A stretch of 63,963 nt of DNA, filler included, from Conidiobolus incongruus B7586 (GCA_000697335.1; 10 parts of 10 records of this genome joined end to end with filler, not necessarily neighbours in it), one strand, 5' to 3'. Positions 26,097 to 40,620 are shown, numbered from the whole stretch's first letter. The notes: generated by a model not told the origin, from the letters alone. Numbers and translations: made by a program.

Positions 26097-26098
<2 letters not shown>

Positions 26099-26136
<38 letters not shown>
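26099..26136. repeat. (AT)n microsatellite
   Basis: Perfect AT dinucleotide run; similar runs near 24977, 28807, 41728 and inside mariner 5' UTRs. Confidence 0.9.
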
Positions 26137-26138
<2 letters not shown>

Positions 26139-26811
26139 CATTCATTGGACAAACAAGTTAGGACGATACATATGAATAAGATTATTATTGGTTAATATAT
26201 TACTTACAATTTTTATAATATTTAATTGACTAATATAATGAATCATACTAACCTTAAAAAATATTTTAATCTTTACATAATTAACACTCCTATTTTGTGT
26301 AAATTTTTTTAATAAACAAAATCAAAAAATATACAAAATTATTATATTATATAAATAGTCACCAAAACATATTCCGCGTTTTGTTTAAATATCTTGTAAT
26401 ATTATTCCACATTCTCTTTGCATAGTTATCTAAGGTTTTTAAGACAAATTTATTTCACAATATAAGATAATTAATCTTGTATTTAATTTAAAAGTATATG
26501 ATATTATGTAAATTAATTTAAATTAAAAATATTGAAATTATTTTACAATTTTTCAATCAAATTGGTAAATATGAAAAATAATATATTTCAAGAATTTATT
26601 ATACTCTATTTAATCCAAATGAATAAAATTTAAAATTCTAAAAATATTTTGCATTAAAATAAATTTTAAAAAATTTAAATTAACAATTTTAGTTAAATAA
26701 CATTTTTATAAAAATTTTTAATTCTTATAATAATACACAAATTGGAACATATCCAATTGAAATTTTTCTACTATTTTTGGATGTTGCAATTTGAAAATTA
26801 TCTTATGATAT

Positions 26812-27144
26812 TAACACGTCTTGGGAAAGCCGTGTCCGGAATAGTATAAGCAAAAGAGAGAGATCTAGGGAATTCCAGGTAAAGGTTAGGGAGATAGGGG
26901 GTTTATTGGTTTAAGCCAAATAGCTGGGAGGACCCAGATCGAACTCCTTCTGTGTAGAATAGCTCTGTTTCTGAGTTCTATGTATAGTGCATAGAGTAGT
27001 AGGTTTCTGGAGTTTTCTGAGGGTTGTATCGTTAGCTGATTAAAGGATAGGGTTGAAGTGGTTGGTCACGTGAGGGGGGAATGACCCTTATATTCAGTTG
27101 AAGTAAGCATATTACGTGGGAGGAGAGTCACCTGACTCATGACA
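26812..27144 (-). mobile_element. solo LTR, family B copy 1
   Basis: 333 bp; inverted homolog of 42006-42340; reads TGTCA...GTGTTA on the minus strand; flanked by ATAT on both sides. Confidence 0.8.
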
Positions 27145-28339
27145 ATATCATCGATTCCAGCATTATTTATTTAATTAACAGGAATCAAATATTATATTTC
27201 TTTTAATATTATATTATTATTTTTGTAGTTTAAGATATTGTGAGTCATTAAAAACGTTTGAATGCATATTCATAATAATTTTTGATAGATTATAATTACA
27301 TTTTGAAATATATATAATTTAATCGAAATGTTATTCAAAGGTTTATTTAAACAATATTTTGAAATAGAAATATATTGAAGATCATACTTTCAGGTATTAA
27401 GGAAAATATTATAAAGTTTCAATGAATAAACTGTAAATAATTTATAAAATCTATATTCTTTTTCAATTTTGTTATTATTTCTAATCAAAGTCAACAATAT
27501 AATGTTAATTTTGTAAGATGAAAATTACGATATGGATTTTAGCAATTATGGTGAATTTTTTTGAAACTAATCAAAGGTTTGATATTCAGTATTAATATTC
27601 CTAATTTTTATATTTAAATCTAATAATTATAGTTTAAATATAGTTTAAATATAGTATTCTAAAAACAGGGTTTTTGTATTTTTAATATTATTTTTGTATA
27701 TAATTACACCTTTTATTTCTGAATATATCATAATTGTTATATATATATTTCTAATAGGGTTTCAAAATTTATTAACATAAGGAAATTTCATTTAAAATGA
27801 TTAATTCAAATTAAATTTGATATTTTGTCAAGCTAATTAATAGTTTTTTAATATTTATTACTCTTATTATTAATTGAATTAATTATGGTTTGAATGATAT
27901 TATGAGAAACAAATAAAATTTTTACAAATTAATTTAATAGTAATTTTCAGTCATTTCCAATTATTATTGAAATATAAATAAATTTGTTTTATTTAAATTA
28001 AATTATAACTTGGCTATAATTATATTAAAATTTAATTATAGGTTATTTTCATATTTGAGTATTTATTTATATTAGCAAGGTTAAAATACTTAAATATAAA
28101 GACTTTAGATTATTTGGTTATATTTTTACTTCTTATTATTATATTATAACTGAGTATAGTTTTTAATATATATATACACTAACCTATAAAAATAAAATAT
28201 AAAATTATAATCATATATATTTTTATTAATAACTCTATTAATTCTTAATTATTAATATAGAAATTAAATAATAGTATAATTTTAAAATTAAAATTAAATA
28301 AATAAATTAATAAATAATATATAAAAATTAATGAATAAT

Positions 28340-28706
28340 ATATAATTAATAGGTTTTTTTATTATTAATAACTTTTTTCTATATCTTTGGTAAGCTTCTA
28401 ATACTTAAAAAATAGCTCTTATTATTAAAGACTGAAATTTAATATTTTAGAAACCAATTTAATTTGTTTGCAGGAATTTTTTTTCCTGTAAGCTGTTTTT
28501 TTAATTATCCAAAACAATTATGATTATAAGGGTTATAATTAAGTAAATATATTAGATATGATAACTCCCTTTATTTTTTTATATAAAAAATCTTTTATAG
28601 CTTTAATTTTATATATTTTGCAATTATTATTCAAAATAATATGTCTTTTTAATTTATATTAAGAACACCATTAAAAAATTATTTTCTTTATAAAGATAAT
28701 ATATAA
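28340..28706 (-). mobile_element. mariner 3' relic, truncated by gap
   Basis: Minus translation WCS*YKLKRHIILNNNCKIYKIKAIKDFL matches WYSQYNLRRPIILHDNCKIHKSKVVKNFL of the 62394 ORF. Confidence 0.75.
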
Positions 28707-28806
28707 NNNNNNNNNNNNNNNNNNNNNNNNNNNNNNNNNNNNNNNNNNNNTTAATTAATTAANNNNNNNNNNNNNNNNNNNNNNNNNNNNNNNNNNNNNN
28801 NNNNNN

Positions 28807-28846
<40 letters not shown>

Positions 28847-29536
28847 TTTAAAATTAATAATAAACATTACAAGATATATGTTAAATTATATTTTGAAATC
28901 AAAACAAATTTATAAAATTTAAAAATAGATTTACCATAATTAAAGCTTGCTAGCATTTTAAAATTTTATTGACTGACTCGAATGATAAGTATTGGGGAAG
29001 TTTAATGAAAGATAATCATAATTATCAAAAAGCAAAAACTGATAAAATGTCATGAGTGCGTGTTAAGTGATTAAAATTTTAGTTAATAATGTTAAATTTC
29101 AATATACTGTAGACTTTAAACTACAGGCTATACACGCAAACATACATACCTATAGATATATTAATTAGACTGAATAAATGAGTAATAGAAACTCTTTTGG
29201 ACTGAGTTATAAAGTAACAAATTGAAATAGTTACATTTGTTATATTTTAATGAACAAAAACCAATTACTGAATAATTTCAATGTCGATAAAAATCTCTTT
29301 ATATTAAAATAACTTAATATTGGTTCACTCAGTATTTAAGCATTGATTAAGTTAAATTTCAATTTCCCAAAATTATACAGTTGATTTTTTCTTATTAAAT
29401 AAAATTTCTTATAATTTTAAATAATGTACCTTTTATCAAATTGGATAGTAATATAAAAATTAAAATTATTAAGAAATAAAAGCTGTAAAAAATCAAGTTA
29501 GGATAAATTTACAAGCTAAAATTTAATATATAATAA

Positions 29537-29860
29537 TTAGTAACTACCACCGACTTGTTCAACCATGACGTCGATAGTATCTTGGTCTTCCATACCCAAA
29601 CTGGCTGGAGTATCGGTAGGTTGAACTCGGTCACCGTCGTATAAGAAACGAACGGAGGAGGGAGATTTACCTTGCTTGTCGCAATAAGCGTCCATAAGTT
29701 TCTTTAAGGGAGTGGAGCGTTTAATCTTGAAAGCAACTTCCGTAGACTCACTATCGACAACCTTAATGTTAATGTGTTCGGGATTGGTAGCTGGTTTAGT
29801 TTCAGTTTCAAGTTTTTGATTCAAGGTATCGTTATTATTTGGTTGGCTTGAGTCCGACAT
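29537..29860 (-). CDS. SMT3: SUMO (small ubiquitin-like modifier)
   Basis: EHINIKV, FKIKRSTPLKKLMDAYC, VRFLYDG.R, TPASLGMEDQDTIDV and C-terminal QVGG-SY diglycine. Confidence 0.98.
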   Translation of the reverse strand: MSDSSQPNNNDTLNQKLETETKPATNPEHINIKVVDSESTEVAFKIKRSTPLKKLMDAYCDKQGKSPSSVRFLYDGDRVQPTDTPASLGMEDQDTIDVMVEQVGGSY

Positions 29861-31503
29861 TTTAATTATGATAAATTTCCTTTCAATTAAGTAGTTAAAT
29901 TAAAAAGGTACGAATTATTCATTCAATTTATATTGATAACAATTTGACTTTCAATCTATGGGTTTTAATAAAGTGTAGAGAAAATTATTGTTCTTATTAC
30001 CATATTTGATATTTTTTTTATAACTGAATTAGTCATCAGTCATAAAATTTTGTGAATTTAATCTAATAGATTCATCAATTTTGAATTATATCATAATAAA
30101 CTTTAATTAATTTTAATCATATTTGAGTAATGAACTATATATTATAATCGACTTTGTTATTAATATTCTATATATTATAATATAATCAATATCAACCCAA
30201 ATTATCTGATTTATAATAATAATATGAATTTTTGAATCATCAATAAAGTTGTTGTATAATTTATATATATTCATTAGTGATGTTTCATGATCTATACAGT
30301 AAAATATATAATTTCGTACCTTGTAAAATATAATCAAAAACTTATATTCACAAGCCTATTACCAAGCATTTATATTAATTTCTGAGCCTAATTTATACAA
30401 AAGAAAAAATGAAGTACTATATTCACATTTATTGAAATAAAATACAATCTCATTGAATCTTTAATATAATATTAAATAGATTTATAATTTGAAAATATTT
30501 AAAGATAATCAAAAAAGTTTAATTGACTGAATTTGCATTATTATATTTATTATAATAATTTAATAATTTAATAATTGAAAAACTAAATAAAGTTAACATA
30601 ATAAATAAAATATATTACGTTTTATCGTTTAAGAAAGAATAATCAAAAATGAAATATATAGTTTTAAGTAAAGAAATGATTGGTTTTAAAGCCAATCGTT
30701 TTTTTGTATTTTGTATTCTCTAAAACATAAAAAAATATGACCAAGAAGCGACGACTTGTATCAAATTACAGATACCAATATATTATTCTGATTAATGAAA
30801 TATTGGCTATAAATCAATATAAATAGCTACTAGTAGCGTGAGATAATCTATTTTAGTAAGCCCAATATAGCAGCTGTAAGCGATATAATAGACAATATAT
30901 TTAACTTATTAATGAAAGTATAATAAAAGAGTTATATTGATTGAAATTTGAAATTAAAATTTTGGCTTGAGTTCAAAATAGCGATCAGTTTTTACAGTTT
31001 AATTTTTTTTAATATTAGCACAGTTATTTAATAGTCAAGATTATAATTATATAATCGAAATATAATGATTTAATGGAATTATAATTTTATTAATTTAATC
31101 ATAACTCAAAATGAGAAATTATCGAATGCAGCCTATGATGAATTTTAGTAAACCTTAGAAAATCATAATTAATATTGATTTTAAAATCCCTACATTGACA
31201 AATTAATTTGGAAACAAATAAGTTAAAAAATATAATATGATTAACCTTGGCTAATAAATAATAACATTATTAAAATGAAATTATTTTTTGAATCATTATA
31301 TTATATATTAACATTTGTCTCTAAAGAACATTAAGTATAATATTCAAAAATTATTAATTTATTTTTCATTTAAATTAATTTTTTTTTTAAAATTTTAAAA
31401 TCAAATTATATATTAATATAATATTCACATTAAAATTATAAGAAATTTTTTAATTACAAAAAGTTTTCATTTTAAATTTTTCCAATAAATAATATTGAAT
31501 TAG

Positions 31504-31535
<32 letters not shown>

Positions 31536-33559
31536 TTGCAAGATTCAAAATTAAAATTATTATATTAATTTTTCAAATTGTTTATAAGGATTAATAATTA
31601 TAATTAAACTATACTTTTTAAAAATATTAATAATGTGAGTATAAATCAAGATCAAAGTTAAAAAATTGGTCAAATTTGTAATTTTGGTAAAGATTTTTTT
31701 CAGTATTTATATATGTTAAAAATTTATTACCATTAATATTTTATTAAATATTTTAAAGTTTTTTTATAGGATTATTCATATATTTTTTCAATATTATATA
31801 TTTTGAATAAAAATTAAATTACTAATAAATTTATGATTTAATATTTTAGAATTATTTATAGTACTGCTCCTGGAATTTCAACTGGTCTTGAGCAGCCATA
31901 TCAATATTCAACTGAGGCTCAGATAAATTATCACTTGTAGCATAAATGCTTAAATATTATTTTATATTATTATTTAGTTTCAATCAAAAAAGCTAAAAAC
32001 ACAAGTTGAGACAAATTAGATTTTGAATATAATTTTATTGTGAATTTAATTGATACAATTATATTCTATTAACATTTTATTAAGTCTAGTATCTTTGATT
32101 TAATATATTTATTTATTAAATAGTTTCACCTTTAATATTATGTATTGAGTGATTGTTATTATAAATACCTTACGTTAAGTTTAACAAACTTAGTATCACT
32201 ATTTACAAACTATATATTTATTCAATGAGTTATATTATTGACATAAGATTTAGTTATGAATTTAATTTATCCTAGTCAATACTAGTTTCATTTGCTTATA
32301 AATCAAAAGTGACAGAGTACTGTTGCACTTATAAAAGATAATTTTCGAGTAAAAGAATAAGAGCAAAGCTAGAATGGTTTCATTACAGATTTAAGCAAAT
32401 CTTGCATTAGAAAAAAACCATTGTTGTGAGGTAACCATATGTGATTACCATTATATACACAATATATAAAGTAATTATAGATATTTGTATATATAACTTA
32501 GACCAAATAAAACTTTTAGGCGTTCTCAATGTTATGTAAAGATGAATCAAGATATCAATGCTATTAGAAATACACTCCTTGGCTATCTAATAGTCAATCA
32601 AGTCAATCTTCAAGGATTGATGTTGGGGTTTACCCTTCCTGTGTCTCTCGACTCCATGTCGGACTTGGACAAGGGTGATGAAATTTAATCAACTCTAAAC
32701 ATGTTTATTTTAAGCGAATCATAATTTATATCAATTTAAAATGGAATAAATTCAAATAAAATTTTCAACTCAATATTTAGTTACTTTTTCACCATTGTTT
32801 AACCACCAATAAAAATTAAGCCTTTGTGATTTTTGAAATAAATTTTAGGAGTATGAGATAATAAATTTGAAAAAATTTTTTTTACTCATCTCTAAAACTT
32901 TTGTAACTTTATAACTTTAAGAAAAATGGATTATTAGTAATATTTAATTTTAAAAAATATATTTTTTTAAATAATATATCATATCTTAATAATATACTCT
33001 TTTAGAGTTTATTAAATTGATAAATTATAATTATTTTTAATATTATTTTTAATTAATTTTAAATTAAAAGAAATAATCTATTAATTTTAAATATTAAAAT
33101 TTTTCTCTCCTTATACAAAAATTTGTGATCATTTGAAACCAAATTTGTTTAGTTTGGAAAATCTATATTCATTCATATTCAGCATCAAGTGATAATGGTC
33201 ATAATGACGAAGAGTACTATATTTAAGATAGTATAATATATATAATTATATATTTTATAATCCTATCATCTGGTTTAATAGTAGAATATTGATTCGTAGA
33301 TAGTCTATAGCATCTAAAATTTTATATTGTTGTATAAAAATATTATGGTAATTTTTGGAATGAAATCTGATTATTTATAATGAACCTTAGTATCTATTTG
33401 CAGATACCTACATTTTGAAAGATCAATTTGTTTAAGTTATTTTAACACAATCAAATATTGACTCATCCTCGATTTCATATAAATATCTCATTATCAATAC
33501 TATATAAACCATACTTCATCTTAGTCAAAAGTATAATTATTATTTAATTTTAATTTAAT

Positions 33560-33949
33560 ATGAAATTTTTATTATTCTCCACTGCTCTTATCGCTATTCC
33601 TCTCACCTATAAAATACCCAATGCGCCAGATATTAGCAATTATGCTATAATTACTTATGCTCCTCCTTCAAATCCCAACTACCCAGCTGTTGCATTCAAT
33701 TCACAAACTGAAGGAGGACAAGCTAATCAATGGACTGAATCCAAAAACTCTGGCTCAAGCCAAGTTGACGTTTATACTACTTCTGGAGTAAGTGGGAAAC
33801 AATATGAAAACGTCCAAACTAGCAGTGGAGGCTCAGTTAAAACCGGTCAATCTAACTTTAACAATCAGGGTCAATCAGGAAGTTCTTGGAATCGTCCCCC
33901 TCCTGCCTATACCTTTAATAATGACCACCCTACAATCTTCAATTATTAA
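33560..33949 (+). CDS. small secreted Ser/Gly/Asn/Gln-rich orphan protein
   Basis: MKFLLFSTALIAIPLT signal-like start, GC-richer ORF, TATATAAA at 33501, no Cys. Confidence 0.75.
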   Translation: MKFLLFSTALIAIPLTYKIPNAPDISNYAIITYAPPSNPNYPAVAFNSQTEGGQANQWTESKNSGSSQVDVYTTSGVSGKQYENVQTSSGGSVKTGQSNFNNQGQSGSSWNRPPPAYTFNNDHPTIFNY

Positions 33950-34861
33950 GATTTCTAATTTATTTAATAACATTTATTTCATTTACTTTATATATATTGT
34001 AAATATTATATAATTTTAATTTGAGAATAATAGCTTAATATTGTTTTTTAAAAATTTTTTATATATTATTAATATAATATAATAAGGGGAATAAAATTTA
34101 ATAATCAATTATATTATTATTATATATTTATAAATAAATTAAATATTATTTATACTAGTAATTAATCATTAAATATATTTTAGCATAGAAATAAAAAAAC
34201 TAATTTTGTTATAAAATATATTTATTAAAAATAATTATTAATATTGCTCATAATGGATAAATATTGGTAATAAAGCATATATATATATTTTAATAATAAG
34301 TGGTTTGCTTAATATTAAATTTGTCAAAAATTAATCAAATTTAATCACTCTTATCTAATTCTTTTATAGAGTCTATAAATCTTAAGAGAATTAAAAATAA
34401 TATTAATCTTGAAAAACAAGCTTAAAAGATTATAAATTATAAAAAAGGGTATTTATACTAGTATTGGATTATTTATCTAACTTTATATAATATTCAAAAG
34501 GCTTTGAAGTTTTATTTAATCTAAGTTATATAAGTTATATATATAATATATTTATAAAAATAATAACTTTACACCTATAAATATAGTGGTAAAATACTAA
34601 TATAGTGTAGAGGAAGACTTAATATAAAAGTAATATCACATGGAATATAATAATATAAAATAAATGACTAATATATTAAGATTTATAATAGATAAAATTA
34701 ATATATTATAATATTAATAAAATATATTCTTAACTTTAAAAATAATATAAAAAATAATAAANNNNNNNNNNNNNNNNNNNNNNNNNNNNNNNNNNNNNNN
34801 NNNNNTTAATTAATTAANNNNNNNNNNNNNNNNNNNNNNNNNNNNNNNNNNNNNNNNNNNN

Positions 34862-35000
34862 ATAATTATGAATAAATATATACAAATTTAAGGATATTAA
34901 CTCTCTTATATAATTTTTTTATAATTTATTTTTTAAAAATTAACAATATGTTTGAAAAATTTAAAATAAAAGGAATTTACCATTTATTTCTAAAATAATA
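34862..35000 (-). mobile_element. degenerate mariner 5' end beside gap
   Basis: AACAATATGTTTGAAAAAT..GGAATTTACCATTTATTTC resembles the subterminal/TIR segment at 16992-17054. Confidence 0.35.
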
Positions 35001-38000
35001 AATTAATATATAATGATATTTGAAAATAAATTAAAAAACTGCAGTCTATTTCTTCAATTTTCAAATAGTTAATTAATAAAAACTGATTTACTTATATTAT
35101 TAATTATATACTTACTCTATATCTCATTCATTACTTAAATCAAAATATTATATTAACTAATAAAAATTTGTTTTTATTACCATATAATATTTAAATTATA
35201 AACTTATTAAAGACATATTTTATCAATCAAAAAAAAGACGATTCATGTTTTGGAATTGAGTGAAGCAATTTCAAACTTGAATTCAATTTCAGTTTTATTA
35301 CTTAGATTGTATAAACTTTTCAGTATTATTATATCAATCAATTGAAATATACAAGCAATATATTCCTTGGATCAATATACAGTTATTTAATGATTCGTCT
35401 CTTTGCTTATCTTAAATTAAATTAATTGAATATATATACTTAAAATGGTGCAAATTAAATGAGTAGTAAGTACATTATAAGTTTGTTAATAGAAGCTTAG
35501 TTTACTTTCCAAAATTTATATTTAATGAACTAATGTTGATAAAAAATCATTTTTAATTTAAATCATCGTTTTAAAATACATAATTATATCTGATTATATA
35601 GGTAAAAATAGATGTATTTCCAATTATTATTTGTATATATCCAATTAAACTAATGATTCTTAACTTCACTTGGCACTCAAGAAAACAAAATATAATTTTA
35701 AAATTAGTTTACTTATAAAATAATTATGAATTAGGATTTATACAAAAAATATATATATTTATCAATATTAGTCAAATTAAAATATGATTATAATAATGAG
35801 TTAAATATGGCAAAAAAATTAAAATTTCATATAAATTTAAAGTCAAATAATTTAATTTTATAAAAATAAGAATATTTTAAATATTCAAGATTATATTTCT
35901 CTTAATACAATCATCATGACTTTTCAACTACCTTATATATATCAATCAAATAATTAAAATCTAAAATATTTTCTTAATATAACCAAACTTATTAAAAAAA
36001 CTTCAAAAATTAATTATTAAAATAAGAACTAATAATCTATACAAAATAATTAATGAATTTGAAGTATTCTTATTTTATCAAGGAATATATAGCTATAATT
36101 TAATATTATAATACTATAATATTATAATATGGATTAATATTGTGATTAATGAATTTGGAATATTATAAAGTTTATTAACAATATATTAAATTGATGATAA
36201 TATCAATATATACCACTGAATAAATAAGATTGAATAATGCCAATATTTTAAATTTCTATATATATTATTACCAAATATTCAAGTAATGTATTTTGTAATT
36301 TATAGTAGTAAATAACTAGACTATAACAATTCACCTTTTGGTTAACATACTTTTTAATATTATTAAATTTAGAATAAAAAAGGTAATTTTTCAACCAATA
36401 TATCAAATTTATAATAATAAAAATCTTAGTAATATTTCTTCCAAATAAAAAGATCATCTTAAATTATAAAATATTATTAAAAGATTATAAATTAAATTAG
36501 TGAATAATCAACTGAATAAATAATAAAATTGTTTATATAACTTGTAAACAAATAGAAAAATCTATACTCTAAATGAATAATTGACTATAAAAATTAAATA
36601 ATCAAACTTTATCTCTATAAAATGATTAATAACAAAACTTAATAATTATAAGTGACAATTAAAGATTTATTTTTTTAAGGCTCAGTAAATGTGAGAATCA
36701 ATTTCTTAAAAAGTAAGTTCATAATGCATCAATTCGTTTCAATTTAATATTTTAAGTTACAAAATCGAATAATAGCTGAAACTCACCCGATTTGGTTGTT
36801 CTTATTTCCTATACTCATTATTCTTATGATTTTAGATATAAAATAAGACTTTTATTTTATGTATTTATATTAATTTATTTTGATTTATTGGCGCATATAT
36901 TGGTTACTAAATATATTTTCATTATCATTAATTCTCAATATATAATATTAAGTATAATATTAAATTGTGAATAAAGTATTGAAAAACTTTAAAATAATGT
37001 GATTTTATTCTAAAACAAGGACCAATCTCAATTTTTCATAAAAACTAGTACTCTAGTTTATATAGATTGAAAATATTAAATATTGTCGATGGACTTTACA
37101 GTGCTTGATTGAAAACATACACTGTTTTACTCTATTTTATCATGGATAAATTTGCATTAAAAGTCCTTTATGAAATCTTGTAGGTTTGAAATAAGCTTAC
37201 CAGAAAAATTCACCTTGATTCGGTGAAAATATAAAATAAAGGCTCTTTCATTTGGTAGTATTTATCATTAAATCAATAGGCTTAGTAAATGGCAATATTC
37301 CATCAAATTAAAGCCTAGAACTGCTCATTAAAGGTCAATCACTTGATAAAAGCATCAAAAGTGTCCGAAATTATATAGAAAATTTCCCTTCATTATCATC
37401 AAGAGATGTGTCTCAGAGATTATAAACCAGTTGTAAATTTTTTTTGATTTTTATTGAAAAGAGATCAAAGATTAAAAAATTACAAATGGGTATCCTATAC
37501 ATCTGTCAGCTATTAAAGAAAAAAGAGTAAATATAAAACAGATGCTAGGTTACTAAATTTATTTATTTTTATTCATAAAAGCTGTTATCAATTGAAAATT
37601 GAAGTATGGATTAAATTTAAAGTCCCGTCCCAATTTTTTATAGTTTTATAAATTTCAAAAGAAACAAAACTTAATCATTGGTATGAATTGTAAAGACAAT
37701 TGTTTCAAACCATTATTATTACAAGAATCAGGATGAACTAAATGATATACAGTATATTTTTAAAAAGAAACACAATAGAATGATATTTAATTTACCAATA
37801 AAAGCCCTCTAATTATCCTAAATAATAACAGGCCCCACAAAGTAAATATTGTCAATATTTTTATTAAATTAAAGATATAAGCTCTATTACCACAATTAGA
37901 ATACTTTTCAAATACTAATCTTTATGATATCAAAGATTTTATCATATTAAAAGAATTTTATTTTGAAAAATAATTTAAAAATTTTAATATTAAAAAATAT

Positions 38001-39207
38001 AAATAACAATAATTCAATTCAATATCTAAATATATAAATAAATTAAAATTATATTATATATATAATATGACACTTATTAATTTTATTTTACATTGATATG
38101 TTTTATCATCATATATTTATATTATAATAATTATATTAATTTCAATAAATTAGTCCTTGAATAAATAATCAAAATATTAACTATATAATTAACTTTTATT
38201 ATTAATAATATGTTTTTTAAAATATTATTATTATAATTATGGCATTATCTGATTGATTTTGTATTATAAAATATGAGCAAACTTATAAATTGCTTAATTA
38301 AAGTTAACTATGTTTTTTATAAAAATTTAAATGTATTTAATTAATTTTCACTAATTAATAAAATAAAATTATAAAAATTTCAATTTGTCAGAAAAAAAAC
38401 TTAATTAAATCATTTTTTAATTGATTTTATTAGTGATAAAATTTATAATTGGTTTAAATAGAAAATTCTATTCATTTTAATTTATATGGTAATATATGAA
38501 CAAATAGTTATATCGGTCGTCTTTTAATCAAAATTTAATTTTTAGCAAAATTTGTATTTAATTCATATGTCATTTCAATTCTATAAAAATATACGCGTGT
38601 ATTTATAATTTTCATATTTTCTTTTGATTGATATTCTTGAAATAAATAATATATAATTATAATTGAAACCAATAAATTTAATGAATATTTAAGAGATGAA
38701 ATATATAAATTTTAATAATCGTTATTAATCATTAAAGTTGAATATTAATAAATATACAGTAAATTTAAATTATAAAATATCTATTTTGTTCAATATTAAA
38801 GTTGAAATATAATTTGAGTGAAAATTAATTTTATTTCTTTTATTTATGTAAACTTACTTATTCCAGCCTCAAAATAACACCTTTTGAAACGAACCGTGCC
38901 ACTTCGAAAAGTATTCAGCAAATCGTTTAATGATTCGAATACTCATATTGAGTCCGAGAATCTACCAATCAGAAAGTTTCTAGGCAAAAGAATAATAGCT
39001 TATTTGCTGAGATTAAAAACAGTCAAGGAAAGAGTATTTAAACATTTCTTGTATCTGTAAAAAATTGTAAGAATTCAAACGGATTCAAAGAGTTTTGAAA
39101 GAAATTTTAACTCTACACTCTGTCTCAAATATCTGTAACAAACCAAGTTATCATTTAGATTTACTCGTGTTCAAACACATTCCGCGCTTTAACATCAAGT
39201 TTCAACC

Positions 39208-40620
39208 ATGTCCAAACTCAACCAATTACTCTGCTTTCTCAATACAGCCTCTAAAACCTGGGATGGTACTAATAACATATTGAAATTCCCGTTAGATAAT
39301 GGCAAATCTGTTTCATGTATCTACTGGAAAGGTGAATACTTTATCACAGGAACGGATATTATTCGATGTCTGGTATATCGATTCCAAGCTGCTGGTTACT
39401 ATGTCATCCACCAAAAGAAGTTTGAAGAGGGAGTATTCAGTGATCTGAGGAATTTGAAACCTGGACTAGATGCAGTGTTAGAACCTGCCCATTCCGAGCT
39501 ATTAAGATTCCTCCATAGACATCAATGTATTAGAACTCAGAAGAAACAAAAGATCTTCTTTTGGAATGCAGTTCCTCATGATCGACTTTTTTCAGAAGCG
39601 CTCGAAAGAGATGTCAAGAGAGAGGCTGTTGGCTTACCATTGGCTTTGAGCGGTCCTAATAATCAAAGCAAATTGGGCAAAGTTGAATACACACAATGGT
39701 ACAAATCTCCAATACCAAGTCACAGTAGTGGATCTGAAATACACTCAACACCCAATGTAGGATATGTCAGTATGAATGCCTTCTATCCTCCCAATCAATC
39801 CAACGCCACTTCTAGTTATAATAATGAAAAATTACTTTCACAAAGTCAGCTCCCTTACTTTGGAAACCAAAATGTACTCGACTTGTGGGGTAATTCAGTT
39901 TCTCAAGATCCGCCTTCTTTAGTTCCATCTAATGAAAACTCATTGGATACTCACAATACGAGCAGTTTCAGCAGCAACAAGAACTATTCTCCAGAAAACA
40001 ATAACAGTTGGTTCGACACCCCTGTCAACCACTCCCCGCAGCCTCAACAAGGTGCATTCAACGAATCTAAATCTAATAACAATCACTTTAACAGCTATGA
40101 CAACCAATCCAACATGATTACATCCAATCTTTACAATTGGAATGCATACTCAATGCCCCTACCCAAGAAAGAGCCAGCCAATTACAACAAAGAAGATATC
40201 ATCAACACTCAGCACAATTTCAAGAAGGAAGGAGGCAACCACCATTCATCATTGCATAGCTCCCATTCTCAGCAAGGAAGCTACTCTCACAGCAACCTGA
40301 TGCATCCCAACTTGAGTGGAGGTGTATTGAACACTTACAATTTTCCAGCTCCACCTGAAATTCAAAACGATTACCGCACCAATCACGCTAATGTTGCAGA
40401 GACTACATACAAATGCCCGGAAAATAACTGCTTCAAGGAGTTCAACAAGAGGAGTCAGCTCCGTCGACACGTCCAATCTCATACTGATGGACGTTCATTT
40501 ATGCCAGGGGATGGAGATAGTTTGAAGGGATACAATCGTAAAGATATTCTCCATCAGCATATGAAGAACTATTTAGATCACAATCAATTAAGTCAGTTTG
40601 ATGTTAAAGGAAATATTTAA
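39208..40620 (+). CDS. STE12: Ste12-family transcription factor (STE domain + C-terminal C2H2 finger)
   Basis: VSCIYWKGEYFITGTDIIRCL.YRF, KKFEEGVFSDLRNLKPG.DA.LE, CIRTQKKQK.F.W..VPHDRLF.EALERD; C2H2 CPENNCFKEFNKRSQLRRHVQSH. Orthology versus paralogy not established. Confidence 0.92.
   Translation: MSKLNQLLCFLNTASKTWDGTNNILKFPLDNGKSVSCIYWKGEYFITGTDIIRCLVYRFQAAGYYVIHQKKFEEGVFSDLRNLKPGLDAVLEPAHSELLRFLHRHQCIRTQKKQKIFFWNAVPHDRLFSEALERDVKREAVGLPLALSGPNNQSKLGKVEYTQWYKSPIPSHSSGSEIHSTPNVGYVSMNAFYPPNQSNATSSYNNEKLLSQSQLPYFGNQNVLDLWGNSVSQDPPSLVPSNENSLDTHNTSSFSSNKNYSPENNNSWFDTPVNHSPQPQQGAFNESKSNNNHFNSYDNQSNMITSNLYNWNAYSMPLPKKEPANYNKEDIINTQHNFKKEGGNHHSSLHSSHSQQGSYSHSNLMHPNLSGGVLNTYNFPAPPEIQNDYRTNHANVAETTYKCPENNCFKEFNKRSQLRRHVQSHTDGRSFMPGDGDSLKGYNRKDILHQHMKNYLDHNQLSQFDVKGNI

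Noticed and set aside
37010..37850. Mildly GC-richer stretch that may be a pseudogene (similar stretch at ~14100-15450)
   Set aside because: No recognisable motif or paralog in this window; BLASTx would be needed.
38664..38891. TGAAAC motifs upstream of STE12 suggesting pheromone-response autoregulation
   Set aside because: Neither is the full TGAAACA, and such hexamers are common in DNA this AT-rich.
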